From the IMG/VR virus record IMGVR_UViG_3300020202_000051: DNA of 39,724 bases; one strand, written 5' to 3'. This document shows, one piece after another, positions 7,106 to 14,810 of this stretch. The translations under genes and the position numbers were made by a program. Under the pieces are notes generated by a model that did no database searches, was not told the DNA's origin, and worked only from the letters and a program-made list of their open reading frames with translations. This stretch comes from a virus. Position 1 is the first letter of the stretch. Each line of letters begins with the position of its first letter.

Positions 7106-8971
7106 TCAAGCGGGAACTGCTTGGGGCGCTCCTTTCGCTGCCATCTGGGCCTGGGCTTCAGCCTGCTTCTTCTGCATCACGCGCTCGAGGATGGGCTGCC
7201 AGTTGGGAATGTCTGCAGCCTTCAAGTACTCCTCCTCGTCAAAGACACCGTCCAGGTACATCTGTCGCGCACGGTTGAATTTGACGTCTTTCGCGAAGGG
7301 TAGGCTCGATCCGGTCGAGACTTTCACGTCGAAATCCCCTCTCAGGATGAATTCCCGGGTCTCCAGGGTCTCTGAGTAATGACCCGTCTCAGGATTTTGG
7401 ACGTAATCCCTGACGTAGGCCTTCCTGACAGTCGATCCATCGGGTTGCTGCTCATTCTGGACATGAAATTTGAAGTATTTGGATGCCGCCTGATCGTTTG
7501 TGACGCGGATGATCTGAGGGGTCGTGTAGAACTGAAAGACCCGGTTCTTGTAGAGCTGGCCGACTGACTGAAGGAACGCGTCTAGATTGCGGGATTTCTG
7601 CCGGATCCGGGTCTGAGCTGCCTCCTGGAGGCTGGCAATGGCGCTTGCTGCCGTAATCCCCTCGGGTCTGACGCCTCGAGAGACCTCCTGGGAGCCTGCA
7701 ATCTCGTCGACCGAGTTCCGCATCGTCTCAGCGAGCTGAAGGACGTAGGGCTGAAGCTGAACGCCCTCCTCGCGCCTGACCTCCGTGCCTGGAGTCTTCT
7801 CAACCACAAGCCCGGGTCGGTTGACCAGATTGTCAGTATCGATCCCGGCCGTGTCATCGCAGATCCAAATGGGGTTTCCCATCAAGGTCAGGACGTCGAG
7901 CGCAAAGGAGATGAGCTTGTTATAGATCTTCTGAGGCGATTGGAGCTGCTCGATCTCAGAGATTCCCCAGAACGTGCGCGGATCGATGTAGTTGACGAGT
8001 CTTGCATAGGGGAAAAGCCCGTCATCGAATGGATTCGGCCCATCGTGAAGGAGAACGCCTCCTGCGACACAGATTTTTCGCCCGTTCGGGTATTTCAGGC
8101 GCTTCTCGTACTCGACGACTTCCTGTCCATCGGGGCCGACTGAGCGCTTTTCCTCCTCCTCGACCTCTTCTGACTTAAGATAGACCGTCATCTTGAGCGC
8201 CTGATCGCGCACGGAGGCGTCATAGACGCTCGTTCCTTCGATGATGGTCTTGGTATCGACAGGCGAGCGGAACCGGACGACGTCAACGTCAGTCTTGGAT
8301 CCCTGGACGAGATCGATCAGATCCGCTTTGATGAAAGGTGCTTTCTCGGGATACTCTCTTTTCAGCTTCGAAACCTCAATCGGTTCCGCATAGATCATGA
8401 AGCTTGCGCGTTCGTTACAGTCCCTGGCATCCGGATCTGGAAAGAAGTAGAAGGGATCGAGCGAATCGAGCGTGATCTGCCCCTGGTTGTAGCGTGCCTT
8501 GCCGTCGTATCCGCACTCAGAGAGACCTGTCCCGTAGAAATGCCCGTCAAAGATGATCTCGGCTAACTTGAACGTCCAGTTCTGCCTCTGCCAGTCGGAT
8601 TCAGCGACCTCATCTAGGATTTTCGCAAACTCCATGTCGCTCGGGTCTTGAGCCAGATACTCAAAGCGCTGTCTCGCATCCGTCATGACAGGGACGACGC
8701 TTTGAATCGTCTGAAAGATCTTGTTGATGACCTCGCTATGCCGGTAGGAGGGGCGCTGCTCCTTCCACTGCTTGCCCCGGAACATCCGGTAGTAATCCAT
8801 CCAGTGCTGGTCGTACTGCTGGCGGTAGGATTTCGCCTTGGCAAAGAGCTTGTTGACGAGCGCGATTGCTTTTCGTTCGGCTTCAGACGGCGTATACTCT
8901 GCCGGCTCTGTGGAATTCATTCCCTGGCCTAAGGCCTGGTGCTCTCCAAGGACCGGTATGACCTCAGCCAT
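7106..8971 (-). CDS. Portal protein
   Basis: 621 aa, downstream of TerL and upstream of scaffold and capsid. The N-terminal region YRQQYDQHWMDYYRMFRGKQW is portal-like. Confidence 0.8.
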   Translation of the reverse strand: MAEVIPVLGEHQALGQGMNSTEPAEYTPSEAERKAIALVNKLFAKAKSYRQQYDQHWMDYYRMFRGKQWKEQRPSYRHSEVINKIFQTIQSVVPVMTDARQRFEYLAQDPSDMEFAKILDEVAESDWQRQNWTFKLAEIIFDGHFYGTGLSECGYDGKARYNQGQITLDSLDPFYFFPDPDARDCNERASFMIYAEPIEVSKLKREYPEKAPFIKADLIDLVQGSKTDVDVVRFRSPVDTKTIIEGTSVYDASVRDQALKMTVYLKSEEVEEEEKRSVGPDGQEVVEYEKRLKYPNGRKICVAGGVLLHDGPNPFDDGLFPYARLVNYIDPRTFWGISEIEQLQSPQKIYNKLISFALDVLTLMGNPIWICDDTAGIDTDNLVNRPGLVVEKTPGTEVRREEGVQLQPYVLQLAETMRNSVDEIAGSQEVSRGVRPEGITAASAIASLQEAAQTRIRQKSRNLDAFLQSVGQLYKNRVFQFYTTPQIIRVTNDQAASKYFKFHVQNEQQPDGSTVRKAYVRDYVQNPETGHYSETLETREFILRGDFDVKVSTGSSLPFAKDVKFNRARQMYLDGVFDEEEYLKAADIPNWQPILERVMQKKQAEAQAQMAAKGAPQAVPA

Positions 8972-9323
8972 TCACCTGCTCCTGTACCTCTTTCAGTGCC
9001 TGATCATAGGAGGCTTCGCGTTTCTCGCGTCTCTCTCGTTCATAGTGCTGACGAATGGATTCGGGGCTTTCTGAGCCCACTTCGATCAATCCCCGCTGCC
9101 TTGCGATCTCTTCTCGGTGCCGCTTACTCTTCGTAATGCACCCCAATCCTGGGTTCCATTCGGCGTGCTCGACCTTGGCGCCCACGAAATGGACGCGAGC
9201 GGTGAACTGGCGCTTCGAGGCCTCACCGCAGGAAGGGCACGGCGCCGGATCATCCCGGTCATCGACCCTTCGCGAGAGATCAAACCGCGCTTCACATTTC
9301 GAGCAGGCGTACTCGTAAAGCAG
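8964..9323 (-). CDS. FmdB-like zinc-ribbon protein (start uncertain, possibly CTG at 9323)
   Basis: The frame of ORF 8964..9185 stays open upstream to a TGA at 9336-9338. It encodes LYEYACSKCEARFDLSRRVDDRDDPAPCPSCGEASKRQF (CxxC...CxxC). The only start-like codon in the extension before GTG 9185 is CTG 9323. Confidence 0.5.
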   Translation of the reverse strand: MLYEYACSKCEARFDLSRRVDDRDDPAPCPSCGEASKRQFTARVHFVGAKVEHAEWNPGLGCITKSKRHREEIARQRGLIEVGSESPESIRQHYERERREKREASYDQALKEVQEQVNG

Positions 9324-9418
9324 GGGTAAGCCCTTTCAGGCGTGATTCAGGCTGGAATTGTGGGGATGCGGCATTGTGGGACTGCGAGGCGGAAGCTTAC
9401 AGGGCTAGTATACCATGA
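9324..9418 (-). promoter_or_regulatory. Late promoter-like element C: TGGTATACT plus two CACAAT boxes
   Basis: Minus strand reads TGGTATACT (9416..9408), N28, CACAAT, N10, CACAAT. It begins directly after the TerL stop. Confidence 0.5.
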
Positions 9419-10735
9419 TCAAGACCAGGATTCAGACTGGTTCCTCCGGCTCGGCCTCCGGAGCCGTTCCATCCGGGCGTGAATGTCCTCCTCTACGGGG
9501 GCTGCCTCAGGCGCCCGGGGAGCCTTCTTCGACTGCGCCCGGTAGGTCATGAGCGTTAAATACCTATCACAATCCATCGCATGGTCATTCTGGCCCACAG
9601 GGAGCTGATCTTTTGAGTCCTGATCAGGCTTTAGGTCCTTGGGTTCAGGGTAGTGGTACATCTGCCTTTCATCGGCTGAGTAAGGGCACGCCCCTTTGAA
9701 CTCCTTGTACCTGCGCGTTTTGATCAACTCATAATGAAGATCAATGCCGCGGCGAATGTCATTGTCAGCAGGAGCAGCCGGGAGCCCGGCCCGGCCCATC
9801 TCCTCAATCGACCCGGGCTGGCTAGGGTCGCACCAGAAGGTTTGAATGCCGTACACGCGGTGCTTTTGTCTTGCGATCTCGATCTGATCCATCAGGGTCA
9901 GCCCTGACTTGTAAAACTCTGAGACGCCGTAGTGCCTACCGTCAGGCGTCACAGCTCTCACCTTGAGCGCAAAGGGGTCTGTGAATCCCCAGTCGACCCC
10001 TGCGTAGTAGCGCGTCCCAGGGGGGAGCTCAAAGGGCTCGACCAGGTTCTGGTCATCGTCCCAGCAGTCATAGACGAGTCCGACCATCGAGCTCCACTCT
10101 CCACCAAAGAGCATCTTGAAGCGCCTGGGGTCCATCTGCGCTTCCATCTCGGCCCGGCGCTTGGGGTCATGAAGTGAGTGATAGGGATTCTCCCAGCTTG
10201 CCCCTTGAAGGAGCCTTACTTTGGGGAGCCCGCCTGCAAGCTTGGGTTTGATGTAGTCTTTGTAGAGCCAGTTCAAGGTGTAGGGGGACGTCGTCAGGAG
10301 ACCCTTGGCGCCGATCGCAGCCGCCCGCGCGAGTACGTTCTCCCAGAAGTAAAGTGACGCCAGGCCCGCCTCGTCTAGCCAGTAGGCTTTGACCCTCGGG
10401 ATACCGACGATCGAATTGGGATCCGTTCCGGTGCGCAGGAATACTAAGTCACCGGTATAGAGTTCATAGACCGCTTCGGCTTTCTTGTGATCCCCCGCTC
10501 CTTCCATGTAGTGCAGGAAGTAAGGAAGCATCGACTGCTGCATGATCTTGTAAGTCGGCGCCATGAGAAGGAATGCGGATTTTCCGTCAGATCCCTCATG
10601 GATCTGGCGTTTCATCCAGATAGCACCGCCTTGTGACTTTCCCCACTGGGTTCCAAAGGCTCCGATGGTTAACTCATTGTCGGAGAAAATCAGCTGCTCT
10701 TGTTTATCAGAATGGGGAACAAATGTTTCAGGCAT
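9419..10735 (-). CDS. terL: Terminase large subunit
   Basis: Walker A-like GTQWGKSQGG, Walker B-like YWLDEAG, and nuclease-type acidic motifs GVDWGFTDPFA and HAMDCDRYL. Start taken at ATG 10735 (MPETFVPHSDKQ). The track's GTG 10777 would add an AT-rich, non-coding-looking extension. Confidence 0.85.
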   Translation of the reverse strand: MPETFVPHSDKQEQLIFSDNELTIGAFGTQWGKSQGGAIWMKRQIHEGSDGKSAFLLMAPTYKIMQQSMLPYFLHYMEGAGDHKKAEAVYELYTGDLVFLRTGTDPNSIVGIPRVKAYWLDEAGLASLYFWENVLARAAAIGAKGLLTTSPYTLNWLYKDYIKPKLAGGLPKVRLLQGASWENPYHSLHDPKRRAEMEAQMDPRRFKMLFGGEWSSMVGLVYDCWDDDQNLVEPFELPPGTRYYAGVDWGFTDPFALKVRAVTPDGRHYGVSEFYKSGLTLMDQIEIARQKHRVYGIQTFWCDPSQPGSIEEMGRAGLPAAPADNDIRRGIDLHYELIKTRRYKEFKGACPYSADERQMYHYPEPKDLKPDQDSKDQLPVGQNDHAMDCDRYLTLMTYRAQSKKAPRAPEAAPVEEDIHARMERLRRPSRRNQSESWS

Positions 10736-10900
10736 CAGTTGTTGTTTATAAGTAGAAAAACAAAGGTTTTTTCGCACCCAATTCGCGATTCACCCTGACA
10801 ACTCATCAAAGTGGTAAAGCCGCGGTTCGACCGATAACCGTCCGATCGATTAACCTTAAATAGTGGCGTCACGCTGGAATTAGGCAAAAGGAGTTGTACG

Positions 10901-11026
10901 ATGACCGAATGGATCCTCGGAATTTTTGGGAGCATCATCAGCCGAATACTGTCCGAAATCGTACTGAATCGCCTCAAGGCGTTCTGGCGCTGGGTCACCC
11001 AATCACCATTCACCCCGTCACGCTAA
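10901..11026 (+). CDS. Candidate 41-aa amphipathic peptide, antisense to the flanking operon
   Basis: AAAGGAG sits 7 nt upstream of ATG 10901. Translation is [41 protein letters not shown]. Third-position GC is about 68% by hand count, against about 55% for the overlapping 92-aa minus-strand ORF. Confidence 0.35.
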   Translation: MTEWILGIFGSIISRILSEIVLNRLKAFWRWVTQSPFTPSR

Positions 11027-12578
11027 TCATATCACTGGACGCCTCACCTAAGCCCGTGAGCCCCTGCTCAGCGAATTCCACCGCCTGCTGGGCGACGGTA
11101 GCACGGTCGGCGTCGCTTTCTGGCATCCCGTTGATCTTCACAATGGCATTCATGATCCAGGCAGCGAAGTACGCGCGCTTACTGATCACCGTCATGAGCG
11201 TTGCAGGATCATCGCCAAGTTCTTGAAGGACTCTTAGGGCTAGAAGCTTCGCGTTTGACGAATAGACCGCCTGAGTTTCAGCGTCCGAGGGGAGGCCAAA
11301 AACGGCGACGACCGCGTTCATCGCTTCCAGTGTAAAGTAGGTGCGCTTCGTCATGACCGGGAAGGGGAGCGCTCCTCCTCCGCCTCCTCCTCCCGCGGGT
11401 CCGGGGGGGCCTTGGGGTCCGACTGGACCTATTGGACCGGCTGGTCCCTGTGGTCCCACTGGGCCAGGAACGCCTGCTGGGCCAGATGGACCCGGATCGC
11501 CTCGATCTCCTTTGGGTCCAACGGGGCCGGGCAAACCGTCGGCGCCGGGGGGGCCAGCAGGTCCTGGAGGGCCTTCTGGGCCTGGCGGGCCGTCCGCTCC
11601 TTGTGGACCCGGTGGTCCAGGAACAGGATCACCCGCGCCAACGCCCGGAGGACCCTGAATGCCCTGCGGCCCCATCGGACCCACATCACCCTTGTCTCCT
11701 TTCGGCCCTTGAGGGCCAGGAGGCCCCGGAATCCCTTCACCCGTGCCGCCGCCCGAGCCTGCTGGGCCGGGAGGGCCTTGCGGACCTACCGGGCCTTGAG
11801 GTCCCGCGACGCCTTGGATCCCTTGCGGGCCTTGCGCGCCCGGGTCGCCTTTGTCGCCTTTTGGACCTGCTGGTCCAACTGGACCTTGATTGCCTGCTGG
11901 ACCTTCTGGGCCTCGTTCGCCTGGAGGACCCATTTCCCCCTTCGGGCCTTGGGGACCGACGGGACCTTGAGCGCCCTGCAGACCAGGCGGTCCCTGGTCG
12001 CCCTTGGGACCTTGGGGCCCTTGCGGCCCCGGGGATCCAGGCTGTCCAGATAGTCCAGTAGGGCCGATATCACCTTTTGGACCGGGGGGCCCGGGCAGGC
12101 CCTGGGGTCCTTGCAGCCCATCTGCACCTGGTAAACCTTTCGGTCCAGGTAGGCCTTGAGGACCAGGTACTCCAGGCTGACCGGAAGGACCTTGTGCTCC
12201 TGGAGGACCTGGAGGTCCAGCGGGACCAGGAGCGCCTTGCGGCCCCTGAACACCTGCCGGACCAGCGGGTCCAACCGGGCCTGCGGGCCCAACGGGTCCG
12301 ATGGGCCCTTGCGGTCCCGGAGGACCCTGCGGCCCCGGCACTCCTCCCGTCCCACCGCCTGTCGTTTCGTCATCCGGCATCTCCAAAAGCTCCTTGAGCC
12401 ATTTTCTCCCAAACGTCTGCCGCATGAGAATCTCACGCCCCCAGGGATGGGATTCGAGCGGAAGCTCCACCTTGGGTCCAAAGAACTCAGCCGCGTTCGA
12501 GAGACGTTCAATGATCTCGATCGCGCGTTTCCATTTCTTCGACTGCCCGGGCGGCGTGGGTTTATCGGGTTTCGGCAT
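11010..12578 (-). CDS. Collagen-like protein (about 340 aa of G-X-Y triplets) with a duplicated C-terminal domain
   Basis: N-terminal 76 aa, then [17 protein letters not shown]... through roughly 11324..12350 with short interruptions. The C-terminus has two similar units, [25 protein letters not shown] and [25 protein letters not shown]. Confidence 0.9.
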   Translation of the reverse strand: MPKPDKPTPPGQSKKWKRAIEIIERLSNAAEFFGPKVELPLESHPWGREILMRQTFGRKWLKELLEMPDDETTGGGTGGVPGPQGPPGPQGPIGPVGPAGPVGPAGPAGVQGPQGAPGPAGPPGPPGAQGPSGQPGVPGPQGLPGPKGLPGADGLQGPQGLPGPPGPKGDIGPTGLSGQPGSPGPQGPQGPKGDQGPPGLQGAQGPVGPQGPKGEMGPPGERGPEGPAGNQGPVGPAGPKGDKGDPGAQGPQGIQGVAGPQGPVGPQGPPGPAGSGGGTGEGIPGPPGPQGPKGDKGDVGPMGPQGIQGPPGVGAGDPVPGPPGPQGADGPPGPEGPPGPAGPPGADGLPGPVGPKGDRGDPGPSGPAGVPGPVGPQGPAGPIGPVGPQGPPGPAGGGGGGGALPFPVMTKRTYFTLEAMNAVVAVFGLPSDAETQAVYSSNAKLLALRVLQELGDDPATLMTVISKRAYFAAWIMNAIVKINGMPESDADRATVAQQAVEFAEQGLTGLGEASSDMISVTG

Positions 12579-12598
12579 CGCTTGATGGGAAAGGGTAG

Positions 12599-12640
12599 GC
12601 GGGCCAGAGAGGATAGAGCTATTGGGGTTTCCTGGCCCGC
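12599..12640 (-). other. 9-bp GC-rich stem-loop in the leader of the collagen-like gene
   Basis: GCGGGCCAG (12599-12607) is complementary to CTGGCCCGC (12632-12640) with a 24-nt loop. There is no U-tract, so it is not a canonical terminator. Confidence 0.4.
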
Positions 12641-12656
12641 TTCGCTTGACTGCGGC

Positions 12657-12701
12657 TTACTTCTTCGATTTCTTGCCGGTCTTCTTAGTCTTCTTAGGCA
12701 T
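12657..12701 (-). CDS. Candidate 14-aa lysine-rich micro-ORF (MPKKTKKTGKKSKK)
   Basis: ATG 12701 is preceded by GAGAAGGAGAAAAACG, a consensus SD with good spacing. TAA stop at 12657-12659. Confidence 0.35.
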   Translation of the reverse strand: MPKKTKKTGKKSKK

Positions 12702-12760
12702 CGTTTTTCTCCTTCTCAGTCTTTTAGGGAATAAGGGATCCGTGCGGGTTGTCTAGTGAA
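12702..12760 (-). promoter_or_regulatory. Diverged copy (element E) of the late leader motif
   Basis: Minus strand reads AGACAACCCGCACGGATCCCTTATTCCCTAAAAGACTGAGAAGGAG. This resembles element A, CACAATCCC..CACAATCCCCTAAAAACCGTCTGAAG. Confidence 0.4.
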
Positions 12761-12829
12761 ATCAGCGGCGGGCCGGCGGGTCGAACGCCGTGGTCCCGTG
12801 AGACCTGCCCCAGTTGGCCATCCCGCCGC

Positions 12830-12953
12830 CTTTCCCCGTGGTCGGGCTTGATTCCGGCTAAGTGCAATTTTGGCGGACCCTAGAAATCCGCCTCCACGTG
12901 GCTTGCACCGTCAACCAGGCTCCTGCGTGTCCATCCACGCCGCACGGGGAAAG
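12830..12953. other. Three nested inverted repeats in the largest intergenic region
   Basis: Complementary pairs are 12830-12840 with 12943-12953 (11 bp), 12863-12868 with 12903-12908 (6 bp), and 12872-12877 with 12887-12892 (6 bp). Confidence 0.5.
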
Positions 12954-12959
12954 CTATTC
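12940..12959. repeat. 20-bp perfect direct repeat, copy 1 (CCGCACGGGGAAAGCTATTC)
   Basis: Identical to 13204..13223. It covers the last codon and TAG stop of gene 12954..13190 plus 14 nt downstream. Confidence 0.9.
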
Positions 12960-13190
12960 TTCTACTGGTTCATACGTCGCCTCAAATATCTCCGGCTTGC
13001 ACGGATACTTTTCACCCTTCACGCCAGTGATAATCCAGTCACCGGGGGATGCTTTCATAAACCCCTCAAGTGTGCTCACCACGCCGTAAATCTCTTGCGG
13101 GTTCTCGTTCTCAAGTACCCCATCAACGTCCACTCCCGGGAACCACTGCACGGCTTCAATCACAACGGGTTTCTTGCGGAACTTGGGCAT
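12954..13190 (-). CDS. Hypothetical early protein (78 aa)
   Basis: ATG at 13190 behind GGAAGGAGG. Last gene of the early operon. Confidence 0.7.
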   Translation of the reverse strand: MPKFRKKPVVIEAVQWFPGVDVDGVLENENPQEIYGVVSTLEGFMKASPGDWIITGVKGEKYPCKPEIFEATYEPVEE

Positions 13191-13203
13191 TTCCGGCCTC
13201 CTT

Positions 13204-13223
13204 CCGCACGGGGAAAGCTATTC
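13204..13223. repeat. 20-bp perfect direct repeat, copy 2
   Basis: Identical to 12940..12959. It covers the last codon and TAG stop of gene 13218..13418. Confidence 0.9.
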
Positions 13224-13418
13224 AATATCTCCAAACGCAGGCGGCAAGCTCGCCGCCCACTTTTCCATCATCTCCTTCATCCTGTCGATATCCTCGACCG
13301 TGAGTGGTCGGCCGGCCGAGCAGAAAGGCTTGTGCCTGGGCACTGGGAAGCTCAGGTCGTGGACCCACTCGAATTTCTCGCCGCATACTGAGCAGGAATC
13401 TAGGTCAAGTAGCGGCAC
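13218..13418 (-). CDS. Hypothetical early protein (66 aa, CxxC near the N-terminus)
   Basis: GTG at 13418 behind AAGGAGGTAAATC. Confidence 0.65.
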   Translation of the reverse strand: MPLLDLDSCSVCGEKFEWVHDLSFPVPRHKPFCSAGRPLTVEDIDRMKEMMEKWAASLPPAFGDIE

Positions 13419-13448
13419 GATTTACCTCCTTGGGTCCGATAAGGTTGA

Positions 13449-13682
13449 TTATGGTAACTGGGGCTGCTTCCGTATGGCAGCCTTTACCGCTTCGTACCTG
13501 CAGGCTTCCTCTAACTGGGCAAACTTCTGCACAGCCGCCATGACCTTTTGCGCCACCCGCTTGTCCCGATAGGTACCGATGACGACAAGCTGCCCCTCAA
13601 AGGTAGCGGCAACCTCCCAGGCGCGCTTCCTCGTGTTCAGGCTCATAATGAGCTGGTCCACAATCACCTCACTCCTCCGCAT
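13449..13682 (-). CDS. Hypothetical early protein (77 aa)
   Basis: ORF with ATG at 13682, within the contiguous operon. Confidence 0.55.
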   Translation of the reverse strand: MRRSEVIVDQLIMSLNTRKRAWEVAATFEGQLVVIGTYRDKRVAQKVMAAVQKFAQLEEACRYEAVKAAIRKQPQLP

Positions 13683-13863
13683 CCTCTGCTATCTCCTTCA
13701 GGTATCTTTGAAGTCCAGCAGCCAAGTCTCGCGCTCGGGTCTCTGAAATTTGCAGCAGTAGCCGAGTAGAGCCACAATCCCACTCCAGATACAGACCGTC
13801 CTCATACATCTCGCGATACAAGTGGTAGCCCTCGCCATAGGCCATAGTGGACTTAGTGCTCAT
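13669..13863 (-). CDS. Hypothetical early protein (64 aa)
   Basis: Internal ATG at 13863 behind GGGAGGAGCGGG is preferred over the track start at 13899. Confidence 0.55.
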   Translation of the reverse strand: MSTKSTMAYGEGYHLYREMYEDGLYLEWDCGSTRLLLQISETRARDLAAGLQRYLKEIAEDAEE

Positions 13864-14032
13864 CCCGCTCCTCCCTCTTCGCATACGCCCCCCGCCCATG
13901 AATCTTGTCCCAGAGCACCCGGTCGGCCACCTGGTAGGCTTCCTTCTCGCTTAAGCCGCCGTCATGGATGCAGATGGCGATGCGCTCTTCATATTCTTCG
14001 CGTTCGGCGAGCAGGTCACGCTTCGGGGTCAT
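13853..14032 (-). CDS. Hypothetical early protein (59 aa, below the track cut-off)
   Basis: Hand translation gives MTPKRDLLAEREEYEERIAICIHDGGLSEKEAYQVADRVLWDKIHGRGAYAKREERDEH. ATGA overlap with gene 14029..14352. Confidence 0.5.
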   Translation of the reverse strand: MTPKRDLLAEREEYEERIAICIHDGGLSEKEAYQVADRVLWDKIHGRGAYAKREERDEH

Positions 14033-14352
14033 GGGTCCTCTTGGGTAAGCGCCACTATGGCGGCTTTCAGTTTGGCATTCTCGTTTCGGAGCTTGATAAT
14101 CTCGCGCATCAAGTCCTTAGGAGAATCTTGATAGTCCAGCACCTGTTTGATGAAAGAAACATCAAGGTTGAGCTTCTCAGTTAAATCAGAAAGCCATCTA
14201 GGCGGAATGCGCTCGGCGACAAACCAAGCGTTTGCGGCTTGTCGCGACACGCCTAAAGCCTCACCAACCATCTCAATGGTCCAACTGCGACGAATTAGCT
14301 CCGCCTTAAGCAGGTTGGAGTTGAACGGAATGGTAACACCGCGTCCCATCAC
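14029..14352 (-). CDS. HTH DNA-binding protein with a C-terminal coiled coil
   Basis: WTIEMVGEALGVSRQAANAWFVAERIPPRW is HTH-like. Start is GTG 14352 or ATG 14349. Confidence 0.6.
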   Translation of the reverse strand: MMGRGVTIPFNSNLLKAELIRRSWTIEMVGEALGVSRQAANAWFVAERIPPRWLSDLTEKLNLDVSFIKQVLDYQDSPKDLMREIIKLRNENAKLKAAIVALTQEDP

Positions 14353-14385
14353 TTCTTCCCCCCAGTGCGCCGGGCGGGGCGGCGC

Positions 14386-14580
14386 TTAGACTTCCCAGAG
14401 AAGCGTCTTACCAACATAGTCATCACGTCTCCAAAATTCGTCCTGACAGTCGTCACATCCAAGGTAATACACATCGCCACCAGAGCCATCGGCGCGGCAA
14501 TTGTCATACGCCCGCCAGCTTCGATGGAAGCGAAATAGGCAATGCCAGTAGAGCCTCCACTCGGCTTTCCATCGCTTCAC
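14386..14580 (-). CDS. Hypothetical Cys/Trp-rich early protein (64 aa)
   Basis: GTG at 14580 behind GGGGAGGGGAA, with GTGA overlap on the upstream stop. This is preferred over the track start at 14640. Confidence 0.5.
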   Translation of the reverse strand: MKRWKAEWRLYWHCLFRFHRSWRAYDNCRADGSGGDVYYLGCDDCQDEFWRRDDYVGKTLLWEV

Positions 14581-14810
14581 TTCCCCTCCCCGGCCAGGGC
14601 GCGAATCTCCTCGGCCACTCGCCGTGCTGGGTAGTCGCATCCTGGCTCATTGCCCACCTTCTCGCATGCCGCTACCGCGTCCTGGGTCGCCTCAAGGTAG
14701 CCGGCGAGGTAGGCGTGATAACGCATCTCACTGGGTGTATCGAGCTGGTCGCGAGGATTGTCGACACAGGCCGACGCATAGGCTTCCGCCTTCTTCTCAA
14801 CTTCACTCAC
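14577..14810 (-). CDS. Hypothetical early protein (77 aa)
   Basis: GTG at 14810 behind CAGGAGGAGCC. Confidence 0.6.
   Translation of the reverse strand: MSEVEKKAEAYASACVDNPRDQLDTPSEMRYHAYLAGYLEATQDAVAACEKVGNEPGCDYPARRVAEEIRALAGEGK

Noticed and set aside
10735-11013. The 92-aa minus-strand ORF upstream of TerL as the small terminase
   Set aside because: It has a GTG start without an SD, AT-rich codons in its 3' half, implausible composition (ending FVFLLINNN) and lower GC3 than neighbouring genes. The region probably contains non-coding sequence plus a plus-strand micro-ORF.
11341-12734. Many 90-240-aa ORFs in other frames and on the plus strand across the collagen-like gene (for example 11341..11658, 11412..12053, 11432..12061, 11786..12511 and 12156..12734)
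   Set aside because: The GGN-CCN triplet periodicity keeps several frames on both strands open. The products are Pro/Arg/Gly low-complexity shadows. Only the minus frame 11010..12578 has proper non-repetitive N- and C-terminal domains and gene context.
12765-12800. T-arm-like hairpin CGGCG-GGTCGAA-CGCCG as part of a tRNA or tmRNA
   Set aside because: The loop does not match the TTCGAAT-type T-loop, and I found no acceptor or anticodon arms around it.
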